Shown here in pieces: positions 13,812 to 26,030 of a stretch of DNA of 64,000 nt (position 1 is its first letter; the number at the start of each line of letters is the position of its first letter). Source of the DNA: Gracilinanus agilis (lineage: Eukaryota); contig NC_058135.1 in the NCBI RefSeq assembly GCF_016433145.1, positions 271,458,546-271,522,545 on the forward strand, read 5' to 3'. A model generated the notes under the pieces. The model was not told the DNA's origin. It was given only the letters and a program-made list of their open reading frames with translations, and did no database searches. The position numbers and the translations under genes were made by a program.

Positions 13812-13993
13812 CTGTTAATTACTTCCTATTTATCCTGTATATAGCTTGCTCGGTATATATTTATCTCTATGTTGCCTCTCCCATTAGATTGTAAGTACCT
13901 TAGGGGCAGGGACTGTCTTTTGACTCTTTTGGTATCTCCAACATTTAGACAGTGCCTGGTACATTGTAGCTGCTTAATAAATGTTTATTGATT
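13812..13993 (+). mobile_element. L2 3' end
   Basis: cccattagattgtaag...gggcagggactgtc...cagtgcctggtacat...aataaatgtttattgattg. Confidence 0.75.
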
Positions 13994-14007
13994 GTGGAAG
14001 GGCAGAG

Positions 14008-14777
14008 TGTGAGGAAAGGAAATTCTGCACAGAATGTTGCATGCTGAGAGCAAGAGCCTGCAGCTTTGGTTGGAAACAGCAGAGAATTCTGGGAAGGATT
14101 CCAAAGGAAGGGGCTTTTGAATTGAGGAGCTTAGGGTGGAAGGAGGGAGTGGAGCTTGCTCAAGAGGATTCAAGAACCAACCTAAGGGTTTCCTGGACTC
14201 AGGTTAATCCCTAACGCCTGTTTCAGTGCCAGCATCCATTGAATCAAGATCAAGATCAAGGTCACTTGATCCTTGGGGAGTCAGACTTTAATCTGGGAGT
14301 AGATTCCTAAATTCGTGCCGTCCTCACCTTGCCTTGCACGAATTTAGGGATCTGCTCAAAGGACCCTACCTAAAATTATTTATAACTAAGATAATAGGAT
14401 AGAACTAGATATAGAGGGAACGGGAAGGAGAACCTTTGGGTTGAAGCCAGACTTGGCTCCCCAAGGGGATAGACCTTGGGGCTTAGATCATTAGTGTCTA
14501 TCTTCTACCCTCTACCCATCCTCTTCATCAACTACCCTAATTTACCCACAATAAATATACAGCAGTCAGAAAACAGGTTCCAGTTTATTCATGGACAAAG
14601 AGGGGAAGAGGATCTGTGAGCAGTTGCTTAGCTGAGACCACCATTGAGCAAGACCCTCTGTGGAGTCGTCGTCGTCGTCTGACTTGGGGGAGGCTTTAGT
14701 TCACTGAGGGTTCGGGCCGGGCCAGCCAGGGTCTCTACCTACCTTACCATATGAGATAGCCTTCCCACTATCCTACA
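14008..14777 (+). mobile_element. Probable solo ERV LTR between the ARHGAP1 and ZNF408 CpG islands (5' boundary uncertain)
   Basis: TGTGAGG... to ...CCTACA, AATAAA 14550-14555; no TSD confirmed. Confidence 0.5.
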
Positions 14778-15194
14778 ATGCTGACTCCTGATCTCTGGAC
14801 GTCCACCATTCCTGAGAAAATCCCTCAGTTTGTCAAGTGTTAGTGGCACTTGGAGGGAAGGTTTGAGAGATTCAGTCTCACTGGCCAACACTCTTTACCA
14901 CCTAACCCCTCTCAAAGATAGCTGTTAATACAACTGAATGAAAGGTTCAAATAAGACAATATTTGTAAAGCCTTTTGCCAATTTTACAATGCTATATAAA
15001 TGCTAGTTGTCATTACTATTATCATCACTGTTATTATGAAGGGAATTCCTAGTGAGAAAACTCTTTCCCTCAAAAGATTGTCACTTGTCTTTTGCCTGGG
15101 GGTCTGAGAGACTTGCCTGAGGCATAGTATCTTCCCCAAGGTCACCCAGTCAGGCTGTGTCAGAGGTGGTCAGTTAATAAGCATTTATTAATTG

Positions 15195-15620
15195 CCTCCT
15201 CTCACCTGTGGCTCTACAAGAAGCTCAGCACAGCAGCTATAGTCCAGCTATAGCCGAGAAAACCATCTCAGCAAATGGGCTAAACCAGGCTGAGGGTAGC
15301 CAATAGGCTTTAAACCTATTGGTGATCAAGGGGGATATCTACCGGAAGCATGTGAAAACTTCTCCCAGTGAAATGGGAGAATGAGAACAATTTGTTCCAA
15401 TAGCCATGAAGGCAGCAGAAGCAGGTGCTGTGTAGCCCATAGACCTTGGTTAGACATCAAAGAAGCCAAGGTCATCCACTGCATCTCAGATCATCGTCAA
15501 TCATCTTAATTTTTGTCTTTCCACTGGATTTTTTATGACTCTAAAAGAGAGTAAGGCTGTTGACTGTGCAACTCTGTCTCACTTGAATCCAATTCACCAG
15601 CAAGTTAAGATACCATCCTG
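15195..15620 (+). mobile_element. RTE-related marsupial SINE (WALLSI-like)
   Basis: Homologous in inverted orientation to 15974-16335. Confidence 0.6.
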
Positions 15621-15973
15621 TGATTTCTTTGATCTTCTTCTTAAAAACAAAACAAAATCCAGTGGATTGAGAGCCAGGCCCAGAGATGGGAGGTCATAGG
15701 GTTCAAATCTGGACTTAGACATTTGCTAGCTGTGTGATCCTGGGCATGTGGCTTAACCCCCATTTCCTAGCCCTTACTTCTCTTCTACCTTGGAGCCAAT
15801 ACATAGTATTAATTCTAAATAAAAGGTAAAGGTTGTTTTTTGTTTTGTTTTGTTTTTAATGAAATCTTGCCAACAGTATTAGATGCCTACTACATTCCAG
15901 GAACTGTGCAAAATGCTAGGGACATATAATGAGCCAAAAGATAGGTCTTGCCTTCAAGGAGCTTCCAGTCTGG

Positions 15974-16335
15974 TCAGTTGTTGTCCTTCATTCTCAAAGA
16001 GGACCCAAATGACATCACTGGTGATGTCTTTTGACTTGAGCATAAATTAGACTTAAGTGAGGCAGAGTTGTACAAAGTCATCAGCTTCACTCTCTCTTTC
16101 CCTAAGTCACTGAAGTCCAGTGGCAAGACAAAAGTTGGGACAACTAGCAATGGCCCAGGACGCAGTAGATGACATTGGCTTTTTTGATGTCTAATCAAGC
16201 TCTAAGTGCTCCACACTACTTTCTTATGCCCCCTTCATAGCTCTTGGAACAATTGTTCTCTACCCATTCCACCGGGTGAAGTCTTCACATGCTTGAGGTA
16301 GGTGACTCATGGACAGGTTTAAGGCCTGTGAGTTA
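15974..16335 (-). mobile_element. RTE-related marsupial SINE (WALLSI-like), inverted copy
   Basis: gttgttgtccttcattctcaaagaggac... = reverse of the GAAGGACAAC tail. Confidence 0.6.
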
Positions 16336-17073
16336 CCATTAAACTGGTTTAACTTGTCTGCTGAGACTGCTTACTGAGGTGTGGCTGTTGCTTACCCTAT
16401 AGCTTCCTGGAGCCAAAGAGGAGAATTGGGTGAGAGTTGGATACCAAAGCAGCCCTGAAAGGGGCTCAGCAAGTCCTCCCACCAGAAGTGCTAGTCTTCC
16501 CTGAGCAGCTAGGTGGCGCAATGGTACACAGAACACTGATCCTCCCTCCAGAGGTGCTGATCTTCTCTGGGCTGTTAAGTTACCAGGGTGTACAGAACAA
16601 AGATCCTCTCCCATATCCTCTAATCTAAAAGAGACTTGAACCCTGGTCTTCCTGCCTTCCAAATCCGCAGATTCCACTTCATTCATGACTGTCCCCTCTT
16701 GAGGACAGCTCTCCACTCAAATGACTGCATCTGCCTGTAATGATGATGAGAGTTTTCATTATTATAGTTCCAATCTATGGGAGGTGTAGCGAAAAACCTT
16801 TACTATCGGGGGATCGTGAGCAAGTCGTTTCACCTGTGCCTGCCCAGGTTTCCTCAGCTGTAAAATGAGGATAATAACAGCACCTACGTAGCTTCCAGGG
16901 CAGTTGTGAGACAGTATTTGTAAAACGCTTTGCGCATTTTAAAGCGCTTTGGAAATCCTGGCTATCATCCATTATTGATAGTATTGTCCTGGGTTAAAGG
17001 TGTGGAATCCCTGTGGCCAGTGGATTTGAAGTTCTGCACCACTGGGTCCGGAGTCTCAACTCCCTGAGTGCCC

Positions 17074-17660
17074 TGGAGCCTCAGTTTCCCCTTCTGTAAT
17101 GGGAGGGGAGTTAGACCCCGCCCCCAGTTCTCCCAGCGGAAGTCCGGCTGCGTTCCTCGAGCGGGCGGAATCCCGGGAGCAGGCGCGTGTTTCCGGGGGA
17201 GTGTCGCGGGCGGCCCTCACTTCCGCCTGCAGTGGAAGCGGGTGTGCTGGGCCGCAGAGGCCCGGGAGCGGTGCTGGCGGCTACGTGTGCGAGCCCGGGG
17301 CCGGGGCTGGGGGGTTCCCCCGGCCCCCCCGCGCCCCTCCCGGCCGCCGGGCCGGAGGCGGGGGCCGCACGTGCCCCCNTGGAGCCTCAGTTTCCCCTTC
17401 TGTAATGGGAGGGGAGTTAAACCCCGCCCCCAGTTCTCCCAGCGGAAGTCCGGCTGCGTTCCTCGAGCGGGCGGAATCCCGGGAGCAGGCGCGTGTTTCC
17501 GGGGGAGTGTCGCGGGCGGCCCTCACTTCCGCCTGCAGTGGAAGCGGGTGTGCTGGGCCGCATAGGCCCGGGAGCGGTGCTGGCGGCTACGTGTGCGAGC
17601 CCGGGGCCGGGGCTGGGGGCTTCCCCCGGCCCCCCCGCGCCCCTCCCGGCCGCCGAGCCC
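17074..17660 (+). repeat. 306-bp-period direct duplication split by a single N (17379); probable assembly overlap
   Basis: TGGAGCCTCAG... starts at 17074 and again at 17380; copies differ at a few positions until the tail of copy 1 degrades just before the N. Confidence 0.85.
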
Positions 17661-17831
17661 GAGCCGGGGCCCGCAGCTGCTGCCCAGGCCCTGCGCAGCC
17701 TTCCCCGCGGCCTGGCCGTGGGCCCATCGGGGGCCCGGCGGCGGCGCCTTGGGGTCTGGTGCGTCGGGGCCGCGCTGCGGCAGGGGCTTCTCTGGGGGCC
17801 CCTGGAGGAACGGGGGGCCGGGCCTCAGGAG
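17539..17831 (+). CDS. ZNF408: ZNF408 exon 2-equivalent (start of PR/SET-like region): ...[47 protein letters not shown]
   Basis: ORF 17493..18041 matches human [29 protein letters not shown]; donor CAGGAG|GTACGG phase 0; acceptor cttccgcctgcag| at 17538 is inferred (phase 1). Confidence 0.75.
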
Positions 17832-19457
17832 GTACGGAGGGCCGCGGCGCGGGGAGGGCTTCCGTCTCCTCGTCTGTCCGATGCTGCCCAGCATCGGCAG
17901 CTCCCCCCACCCCCACCCTTCAACCTTTCCCGCGGCGGCGCCGCCCTGGGCACCTCCCGGCTCGCTGCTTCTGTTTCCCTGTCCATCAAACCTGCCCACC
18001 TTCAGCTGGGACCCGAAAGGCCCCCGTTCCCTCCACAATAATCCGGGCCCCAACGATCCAGACCAGACGAGCGAAGGGCTGCAAGAAGTTGGGGAGACCC
18101 GGGGTGGCCGCCAGACTGGGCAGAGAGGACAGAGATCTGTTCCCTTTGACAACTTTGCACCCTCGGGCCCTGGCACAGATTAGGCGTCTAATACATAAGA
18201 AAATCCTGATAGATCGATCTATCGATCAATGCTGTTTGCCTCATCAATAACCCTTAATGTACTCCTCACTTCAGTGACCTCTCCAGGTCTCATCCCCCTA
18301 CCGTGTCCAATGAGCCCCTGTAGACTTTTCTTTAGACTTTGTGGTTCTTTTAGCACCTCGGACAGCGCCCTGCACAGAGTAGGTACTCGAGGAAACCTGG
18401 TTTCCAAAATGAACTGGGGAAGCATTGGCCCAGGAAGGCTTGCAAGGGAAGCCAGAGCCTGGCTGGCTGGTAAACTGATATGGCCTTGCCCCACTTCTCT
18501 GAAAGGTGACAGTTTAGTTCAGGGTAGGAGGACCGTGAAGGGGGAGATTCTCAAAGAAGAGCTAGGAAAGAGAACCTTCTAGCCAGAGGAACTCAGGCTC
18601 CACTGGCAAAGAAGAGGGAAGAGAACCAGCAAACTCTCAGTCCGTGAACAAGAACTGGTTAAGTACCTCCTGGGTGCCAGCTAGGGCCTGCGGATGCCAG
18701 AATTCTCTGGGACTTATAAAGCAGTTTGTATCTGTTAGCTGATTTTAATCTTCACAACAATCCTTTCAAGGAGGTGTCTTTGTTCCTATTTTTCAGATGA
18801 GGAAACCAGCACAATACCCAGGTTCACACAGCTAGTGAATTTCTGAAGTAGGAATTGAACTCAGGGCTTTCTAAGACAAGAACAAAAGGATACTTTCTCT
18901 GAAAGAGCTTAGGTTTTTCTTTGGGGATACCACATCTGAATCAATAACAATTAAATGAAAAAGTGTTCACTATGTCCCAAGGTCTGTGCTGATCACTGAG
19001 CACACAAACAGAAAAGAAACCATCTCTGGGCTTCCAAAACAAAATGAAGAAAATAATGCAGTGAGGAAGGTATAAAAGCAGTGGTCCTCAAGGTGTGGCC
19101 ACAGGGTGACTGTCAAGGCCTAGGGATCAGGGGCAGGGTGGGTGGTAAAGACCAGTGGTCCTCAGGCTTATCAGAAGGGGACCTGGTTGCTGATTCCCTA
19201 CTCATTAAAAGTGTGAGTGGTCATTCTGAGGCCATCATTTCCCCATGTCTCAATTTTGTCATCTGTAAAATGGGGAGATTTACACTTGCCAGCCTGCTGC
19301 ACTGAGGAAATGATTTCTTCATTTAGTAAATATTTGTTTTGTGAGAATCAAATGCAGTGCTGTGGAGGCGGCTGTGAAGAGCAAATGAGGTGGTGAATAT
19401 ACAAGCTTGTAAACTGTGAAGCATTATACAAGTTTATGGTTGTGTTATCTCTTTCAG

Positions 19458-19516
19458 ATGTTGCTGGGCCTGTGGAGGGATGTGCGTGTGTGTGAGCAGA
19501 GCTCAGGGTGGGCCAG
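19458..19516 (+). CDS. ZNF408: ZNF408 exon 3 (59 nt): MLLGLWRDVRVCEQSSGWA(S)
   Basis: ctctttcag|ATG...GCCAG|GTGAGT; matches human LGPWGDVCACEQSSGWTS. Confidence 0.88.
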
Positions 19517-19759
19517 GTGAGTAGGGATGTGATGGAGCAGTGGATAAGCCTGACCCTTATAGCCTAGAATGGAAGCTTTATGGGGGCAGGCACTGTACCG
19601 TAGTGTTTCTTTTCATCATAGCATTTAGAATGGTCTTACGTTCTCAGTGAGTGCACACATCTGAAAAATTAGGTTGGGAGCATCTAAGTATGTAGCTCAG
19701 GCATTTCAGAGAAAGCAGCTTCACCAAGGGGTCCTAACTGGCCTCTGGCCTTCTTGTAG

Positions 19760-20010
19760 TTTGGTGCAACAGGGCCGAAGGAAGAAGGAGGGGAATGTGG
19801 CCCCCGTGAGGATTGGTGAGAGGCTCCACTTGCAAGTATCCCAGACCATCCCACCTGGCTGTGAACTGCTGCTGTGGCCCCAGTCTCCCAGCATAGGCCC
19901 AGGACATGCAGAGGAACAGCCACTGGCCATGGAGTCAGGGTCAGAGCTGGGGACCACAGTGCTAACCGATGGGGTCTCTCCTGGAGAGGATACAACTGAG
20001 CCATGCACAG
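19760..20010 (+). CDS. ZNF408: ZNF408 exon 4 (251 nt): SLVQQGRRKKEGNVAPVRIGERLHLQV...GEDTTEPCT
   Basis: ORF 19674..20057; ttcttgtag|T acceptor, ACAG|GTATGT donor; phases consistent. Confidence 0.92.
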
Positions 20011-20548
20011 GTATGTTTTTGTTGGGGACAGCCCAGAAGGGGCCACCAGGAGACTAACTCTTGCTAGTGTGGGTTTCCCTAGGAGGGTCCAGCTCTGATT
20101 CCCAACAAGATTCATTGAAGCAGCAGAAAAACAACAGCCTCTAAGAGGCCCCAGAGTGCGCAGAGCACTGGGCCTGGGGTCAGGAGGATCCAATGAAAAT
20201 CCTGCCTCAGTTACTGACTAGTGGGACCCTGAACCAGCCTCCTAACCTACCTGCCTCAGTTTCCTTAGCTATAAAATGGAGATAGTAAGAGACTTTGCAC
20301 TCTGGGGCTGCAGTGAGGATCCAATGAGAGAATGGTTATAAAGCACTTAGCCCAGTGGCAGGTTAGAAGAAGGTTGTGACTTCCCTGGGGGCACCTGGAG
20401 CAGCATTTTTCCATCAGTCAGTTCCCTAGGGAAGATGTCTGTCATTGCCTCACCTAGGGACTCAGGCTAGGGTAGGCAAAGTACAGTTTCTTAGCAGCTG
20501 CCTCATCTCAGGCTGTGCTGACCCTTCTCTTCTCCTCTTCCCTTTCAG

Positions 20549-22083
20549 CCCTCTCTCCCCAGCAGGGCCTTGCCATTAAGAAAGTCACTAAACAGAGCCT
20601 GGAATTTGGGCCTAAATCCCAGGATGAGAGTCTCACAGGCTCTCAGCCCCTAGAGCCTGGGGATCACATAGAAGAAGAGGGGGAAAAAGAGAAGGAAAGA
20701 AGAATAGTCCCTCTGCCAGACAGCCCTGCAGAAGGGACACAGCTGCCCCAGAGCAGCCTGTCTGCAGGTCCGGAGGATCTGAGCCCCAGTGATTCAACCT
20801 CCTCATCTGTGGCTCCTAGTGGGGGCCCTCGGCTCAGCACCCGCCTGGCTAACAGAGCGTGTAAGCTGCTTGGTCCTGGAAGCCCCCAGGACCGCCAGGC
20901 TGGAGAGGCAGAGCACTCAAACCTCACCAAGCCTCCTGGGGGCACTGCCCGGCACTCCTCTAGGCGCTACCACTGTACTGTGTGCAGCAAGGCCTTCTTG
21001 CAGCTCTGCCACCTGAAGAAGCACCAGTTTGTCCATGCAGGGCATAAACCATTCCTTTGCACAGAGTGTGGCAAGAGCTACAGCTCTGAGGAGAGCTTCA
21101 AGGCCCACATGCTAGGACACCGAGGAGTCCGGCCCTTTCCCTGCCCACAGTGTGACAAGGCCTATGGCACCCGCCGAGACTTGCGAGAGCACCAGGTGGT
21201 ACACTCGGGAGCCCGCCCCTTCACGTGTGACCAGTGTGGCAAGGCCTTCGCCCGGCGGCCTTCCTTAAGGCTTCACCGCAAGACCCATCAAGTGCCTGCT
21301 GCCCCCACCCCATGCCCCTGCCCCATCTGTGGGCGCCACCTGGCCAATCAAGGCTCCCTGAGGAACCACATGCGCCTCCACACAGGTGAGAAGCCCTTCC
21401 TGTGCCCCCATTGTGGCAGGGCCTTCCGCCAACGTGGCAACCTGCGGGGACACCTGCGCCTTCACACCGGTGAGCGCCCCTACCGCTGCCCACATTGCAC
21501 AGATGCCTTCCCACAGCTGCCAGAGCTGCGGAGACATCTCATCTCCCACACAGGGGAGGCCCATCTCTGCCCAGTGTGTGGCAAAGCCCTGAGGGATCCC
21601 CACACGCTTCGAGCCCATGAACGCCTGCACTCTGGTGAAAGGCCCTTTCCCTGCCCCCAGTGTGGCCGGGCATATACTCTGGCCACCAAGCTGCGACGCC
21701 ACCTCAAGTCTCACCTGGCAGACAAGCCTTTCCGCTGCCCAACCTGTGGCATGGGCTACACCCTTCTTCAGAGCCTCAAAAGACACCAGCTCAGCCATCA
21801 GTCTAAAGGCCCAAATGGCTGCGCTTCCACCTCAGCCAAGCCCAGCATGGTGCTGCTCCAGGCAGAGACAGAGCTGGTAGTCACCCCAAGCGAAGAGGAT
21901 TCCTCCCCTACCCCAACCTCTTCCCCAGCAGATGTCATCGAGATTTCCATTTCAGAGAGTGAGGACAGATGCATTGTGGTTCAGGAAGAGCCAGGACCCG
22001 GGCATAGCCTGGTCCTCATTCAAGAGGGTATGGCAGGTTTCAGCACTGTGGCTGAAGTGGTGGAAGTTGAGACAGGCCCCTAA
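20549..22083 (+). CDS. ZNF408: ZNF408 terminal coding exon with 10 C2H2 zinc fingers, ending VVEVETGP*
   Basis: ORF 20515..22083; acceptor cctttcag|CC phase 1; fingers ([45 protein letters not shown]) match ZNF408/PRDM17. Confidence 0.97.
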
Positions 22084-22124
22084 CATTGTTCTGCTCCCAG
22101 CTGGCCCTCCGGAAAAATCCCTTC

Positions 22125-22130
22125 TATAAA
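22125..22130 (+). terminator. Candidate variant poly(A) signal TATAAA for ZNF408
   Basis: About 40 nt after the stop, followed by a U/GU-rich tract; no AATAAA nearby. Confidence 0.3.
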
Positions 22131-24775
22131 AATGTCTTATTTTCTAGTTGCTTGGTATTGAGTGTCTCCCTGGACCTGATCTCTCTTTGTATTGTCTAAC
22201 TGGAACCAGAAGGATATGGCAAATGGTTCCTCGATATAGCAAGGGACCCCCCTATGACTTCCTCCTTTGGAAAGCTCCAAGTGCTCATGTCAGTGTGAAT
22301 TGTTGCCTGCTCTGAACCCAGTTATCCCAGGAGGCCGAGCTGGGGTGCCAGCTGTTTCTGCACACCTGGCTCAGACAGAAATTTCCAGCCGGGGCTTGTG
22401 GGCTTGTCACTCCCTCACCAGGGAGAGTGGAAAGACAGGAGCAGTCTAAAAGGCTTTGAGCCAGAATTGAGAACCTCCCCTTCAGGAATGGGAGTGTCGT
22501 GGTGGCATCCCTCAGCTCACCAAATCCGGATGGAGTGGACCAGCTGGCCTACTTTGGAGATACAGAGAAAGACAAAACGGGCCTTGTTTTTTGTTGCACA
22601 GAATGAAAAACTACTTGGTGGAACTGAAAGGAGGAAAGCCTGTGTTTAAATCTTGCCTTAGACGCTAGTGGTGTGATCCTGGGCAACTCACTGTTCTCTC
22701 TGAGCCTTCATTTTCCTCAGTTGCAAAATGGGGATAGTAATGCTGTTGGGATCAAATGGGCCAGTATCTTTCAGTGCTTCATAAATTTCAGCTGTAATTC
22801 TTGGTGGGACACTATTTTGGAAGGGGCCAGATATTAATTCTGGCTGGTGTTTCTAGAGTTCTTTAAAGGTTAATTGAACATCTTACATGCACTATGTCAT
22901 TTGCTTCTAACAGAACCCTATGGGTTAAATTATTCCCATTTTGTAAATGAGTAAGCTGAGACCCCTAAGTCAGAACTTGGGGAAACAGGGACATTGTGGA
23001 CAACTTGATTAGAGACCAATGTGAAGGTCAATCTGTCTCTTGCTTTTGCCCAGGCACAGAGAATATCAACGATGGTTCTTGCTGAGCTGAAGAGGAGAGT
23101 AACAGTGTTATGCACTGAGTGCCTGCTCTGGGCCCAGTGCTTTTTCTTTGTGTAGGGAACTTTAACAAAAAGGGGACCTAGTCCCTACTCCCAAGGAATT
23201 TAGGCTCTCTTGGTCAAAACAGCACAAGATAATGGCATTTGGGAGAGTTGAAAAGCCTAAAGGCTGAGATGATTGAGAAAAACCTTACTTTGTGCCACAC
23301 ACTGAGTGTGTGCTGAGTGCTGGGGTACAAATCTCTTCAGTCAGTGCATGGACATTAGCACCTGCTAACGGCCAGAGGAAGGAAGAAAAGGCGAACAAGT
23401 AGGACAGATTCTAGCCCTGACAATTAGTCTTAAAACTGGAATCAAACTTTAGAGATAATCTCGCCTAGCCTCCTCATTGTGCGGAGAAGGAAACAACTCC
23501 ATAAATGAGCAGGATTTGCCCAGGAGCATCCAGCTAGGCGGGAACAGAAACAGCATGAGAATTTAAGTCTCCCCACTCTGGCCAGGGTTCTTTTTCACTA
23601 AAGGATAATGTAATAGTTATGGAATTTTAAAGAATCAGTGGGGGGTGGGGCATCTAAGTGGCTCAGTAAATGGTGAGGCACTGGGCCTAAAGATGTGAGA
23701 CCCTGGATTAAAATTTGGCCTCAGACACTTGCTAGCTGTGTGACTCTGGGCATGTCACTTAACCCCCATTGCCTAGCCCTTACTGCTCTTCTGCCTTGAA
23801 ACCAATACACAGTATTGTTTCTAAAAAGGAAGGTGGAGTTTCAAACAAACAAAAAGAATCAAGGAAAGGATCAGCTAGGTAAACCATCAGGCCTGGAACC
23901 AAGGAGCACCTGGGTTTAAATCTGGCCTCAGACACTTCCTAGCTGTGTAACCCTTAGAAAGTCACTTAACTAAAATTGCCTCGCCCTCACTTGATACTAA
24001 AACAGAAGGTTAGGGTTAAAAAAAATAGTCAGTGGAAAGACTTAATTATTTGTTACATTGGAATTCATTAGGAAGGAAGAACATTCATTCAAATTCTTCC
24101 AGAATAGAAAGAATTTTGAGGAGTCTTGGCTCATACAGACTATCTAAAAAATTTTTTCCAACTTCAAAGGAAAGCAAAATTCTTGAGCTGAATATTTGTT
24201 AGGTTTAGAACCAAGTCAACAAAGAGTTGTATTTTGTGTTGGATGTAAAATATAGCACCGTGGGACTCAAATTAATATGTACAGATCATGTATTCTCATT
24301 TTTTGGAGTGGAAAGAACTTTGAACTTGTAGTCAGTGGACCTGGCTTTGAATCCTGGTTCTTCCATCCATACAAAGGGCCTTTCCAGTTCAGATGGTCTT
24401 TGTTAATAACTTATATTTGTTTAGTGATTTATAATTTGCAAAGCATCTTACATACATTATCTCATTTGCTGAAAGGCACCATGGATGGTCAGCCTTGGAG
24501 TCAGATAGATCAGGTGATTTCAGGTCCTGCTGATGACACGTTAGCTATGTGACCATGAGTAAGTCATTTAGTCCAGTGCCCCCAGCAACAATCTGAGAGT
24601 TATTGAAGTTCTCTATTGAATGGAGAAAGTTGCCAAACAAACCCCAGGTCCAGACCAAAACAACCCTGTTATGTAGGTAGCATTAATAATATCCTTATTT
24701 TACAGAGGAGTAAACTAAAGCTCAGGAAAGTCCCAAGATTATTGGATTTTCAAAAAGGGACCTTAAAGATTAGTC

Positions 24776-25049
24776 CAGTGATTCTCATGATGTGGTCGAG
24801 GGACCCTTGGGGGCCCATGAGAGCCTTTAAGTGAACCTATGAGGTCAAAACTGTTTTCATGGTTATACCAAAACATTTTAAATTTTATACCAATTATTTG
24901 GTTATACCAAAGTTATACCAAAAAATTTTAAATAAAATATAGATATTAACAGACATAACCCATATAAACAAAAGCCTGGGGTTGGGGAGAGGTCCTCAGT
25001 TTTTAAGAGTGTAAAGGAGTCCTGAGACCAAAAAGCTTGAGAAAAGTTG
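24776..25049. mobile_element. Old MER5-like hAT-Charlie MITE
   Basis: CAGTGATTCTCA...TGAGAAAAGTTG ends; flanks GATTAGTC / CTCTAGTC; typical AAGAGTGTAAAGGAGTCCTGAGACCAAAAAG 3' end. Confidence 0.65.
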
Positions 25050-25149
25050 CTCTAGTCCAACCTTAATTTACAAAGGAAGAAATTCAGGATCATCAAGGTA
25101 AAGTGACTTACCAAAGGTCACACAACCATTATGTCATAAAACTACACAG

Positions 25150-26030
25150 AACTGGAGAATCAAAAGGGACTTAGTTGCCATCTAGTCCAGCCTATACCCC
25201 AAAGGAATCCTTAGCATAATATACCCATCAAGTGGCCATCCAGTGTCTGTTTGAAGACCTCAACAAGGAGGGACCTACCACCTCTCAAGGTGTTTCGTTC
25301 TGCTTTTGGACAGTGCTAATCGTTAGCAAGTTCTTCCTGACACCAAGCCTAACTCAATTTGCTTGTCCATTGGCTCTGGTTCTTCCCCCTGGGGCCCAAG
25401 AGATCAAGCCTATGTAACTTTCTCTAGTGATAGTTACTTCAGATACTTAAAAACAACTGTCATGTCCTCTCTGAGTCATTCGGGTAACCTACTATAGACT
25501 CAAGGCCATGACTTGTGGTTGTCCTCCTCTGGACACTTTCCAGCTGGTCGAGTAGCTTTCTTTAACTGTGGTGTCCAGAACTAACCCAGTGTTCCAGATG
25601 AGGTTTGAAGAGGGTAGAGAACAATGGGACTGTCAGCACCGTATTCCTGGAAGTGATGCTTCAGTGCAGTCAGAGCTCACATTAGCTTCTTTGGTGACCA
25701 CATTGTACTGTTGATTTTTGTTGACCTTTTGGTCTTGCCAAAACTCTCGGCTCTTTGTCATAACAACTGCTATCTAGCTATGCCTCCCACAAGTTGATTT
25801 GTACCCTATGGAACATGTTACCTTCACCCCCCCCCCCCCATCGATGTCATCTGATTAGATTTAGCCCAGTCCTCTAGCCTGTAAATATCTTATGGGATCT
25901 GGATCATCCTCCAGTGTGTTACAGTTTCGTGTCATATGCAAATCTGATGAGCATGATGTCTATACCTTCATTCAAGACATTGAAAAAGATATTAAACAGT
26001 GCAGGGCCAAGCACAGATCCCTGGGAAGTG
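25150..26030 (-). mobile_element. L3/CR1 3' fragment
   Basis: catctagtccagcc...ccatccag..tgtttgaagacctc...gtgtccagaac...gcaaatctgatgagcat...cagggccaagcacagatccctgg. Confidence 0.7.

Larger units (their letters stand above)
17074..18130. promoter_or_regulatory. CpG island at the 5' end of ZNF408
   Basis: Very high GC/CpG; ETS motifs CGGAAGT 17443-17449 and ACTTCCG 17525-17531. Confidence 0.7.

Noticed and set aside
17099-18250. 383-aa Gly/Ala/Pro-rich ORF and other long overlapping ORFs in the ZNF408 island
   Set aside because: Stop-poor GC-rich sequence, inflated by the probable false duplication and containing an X; its ATG lies in a MIR remnant; only the 17493 frame has ZNF408 homology
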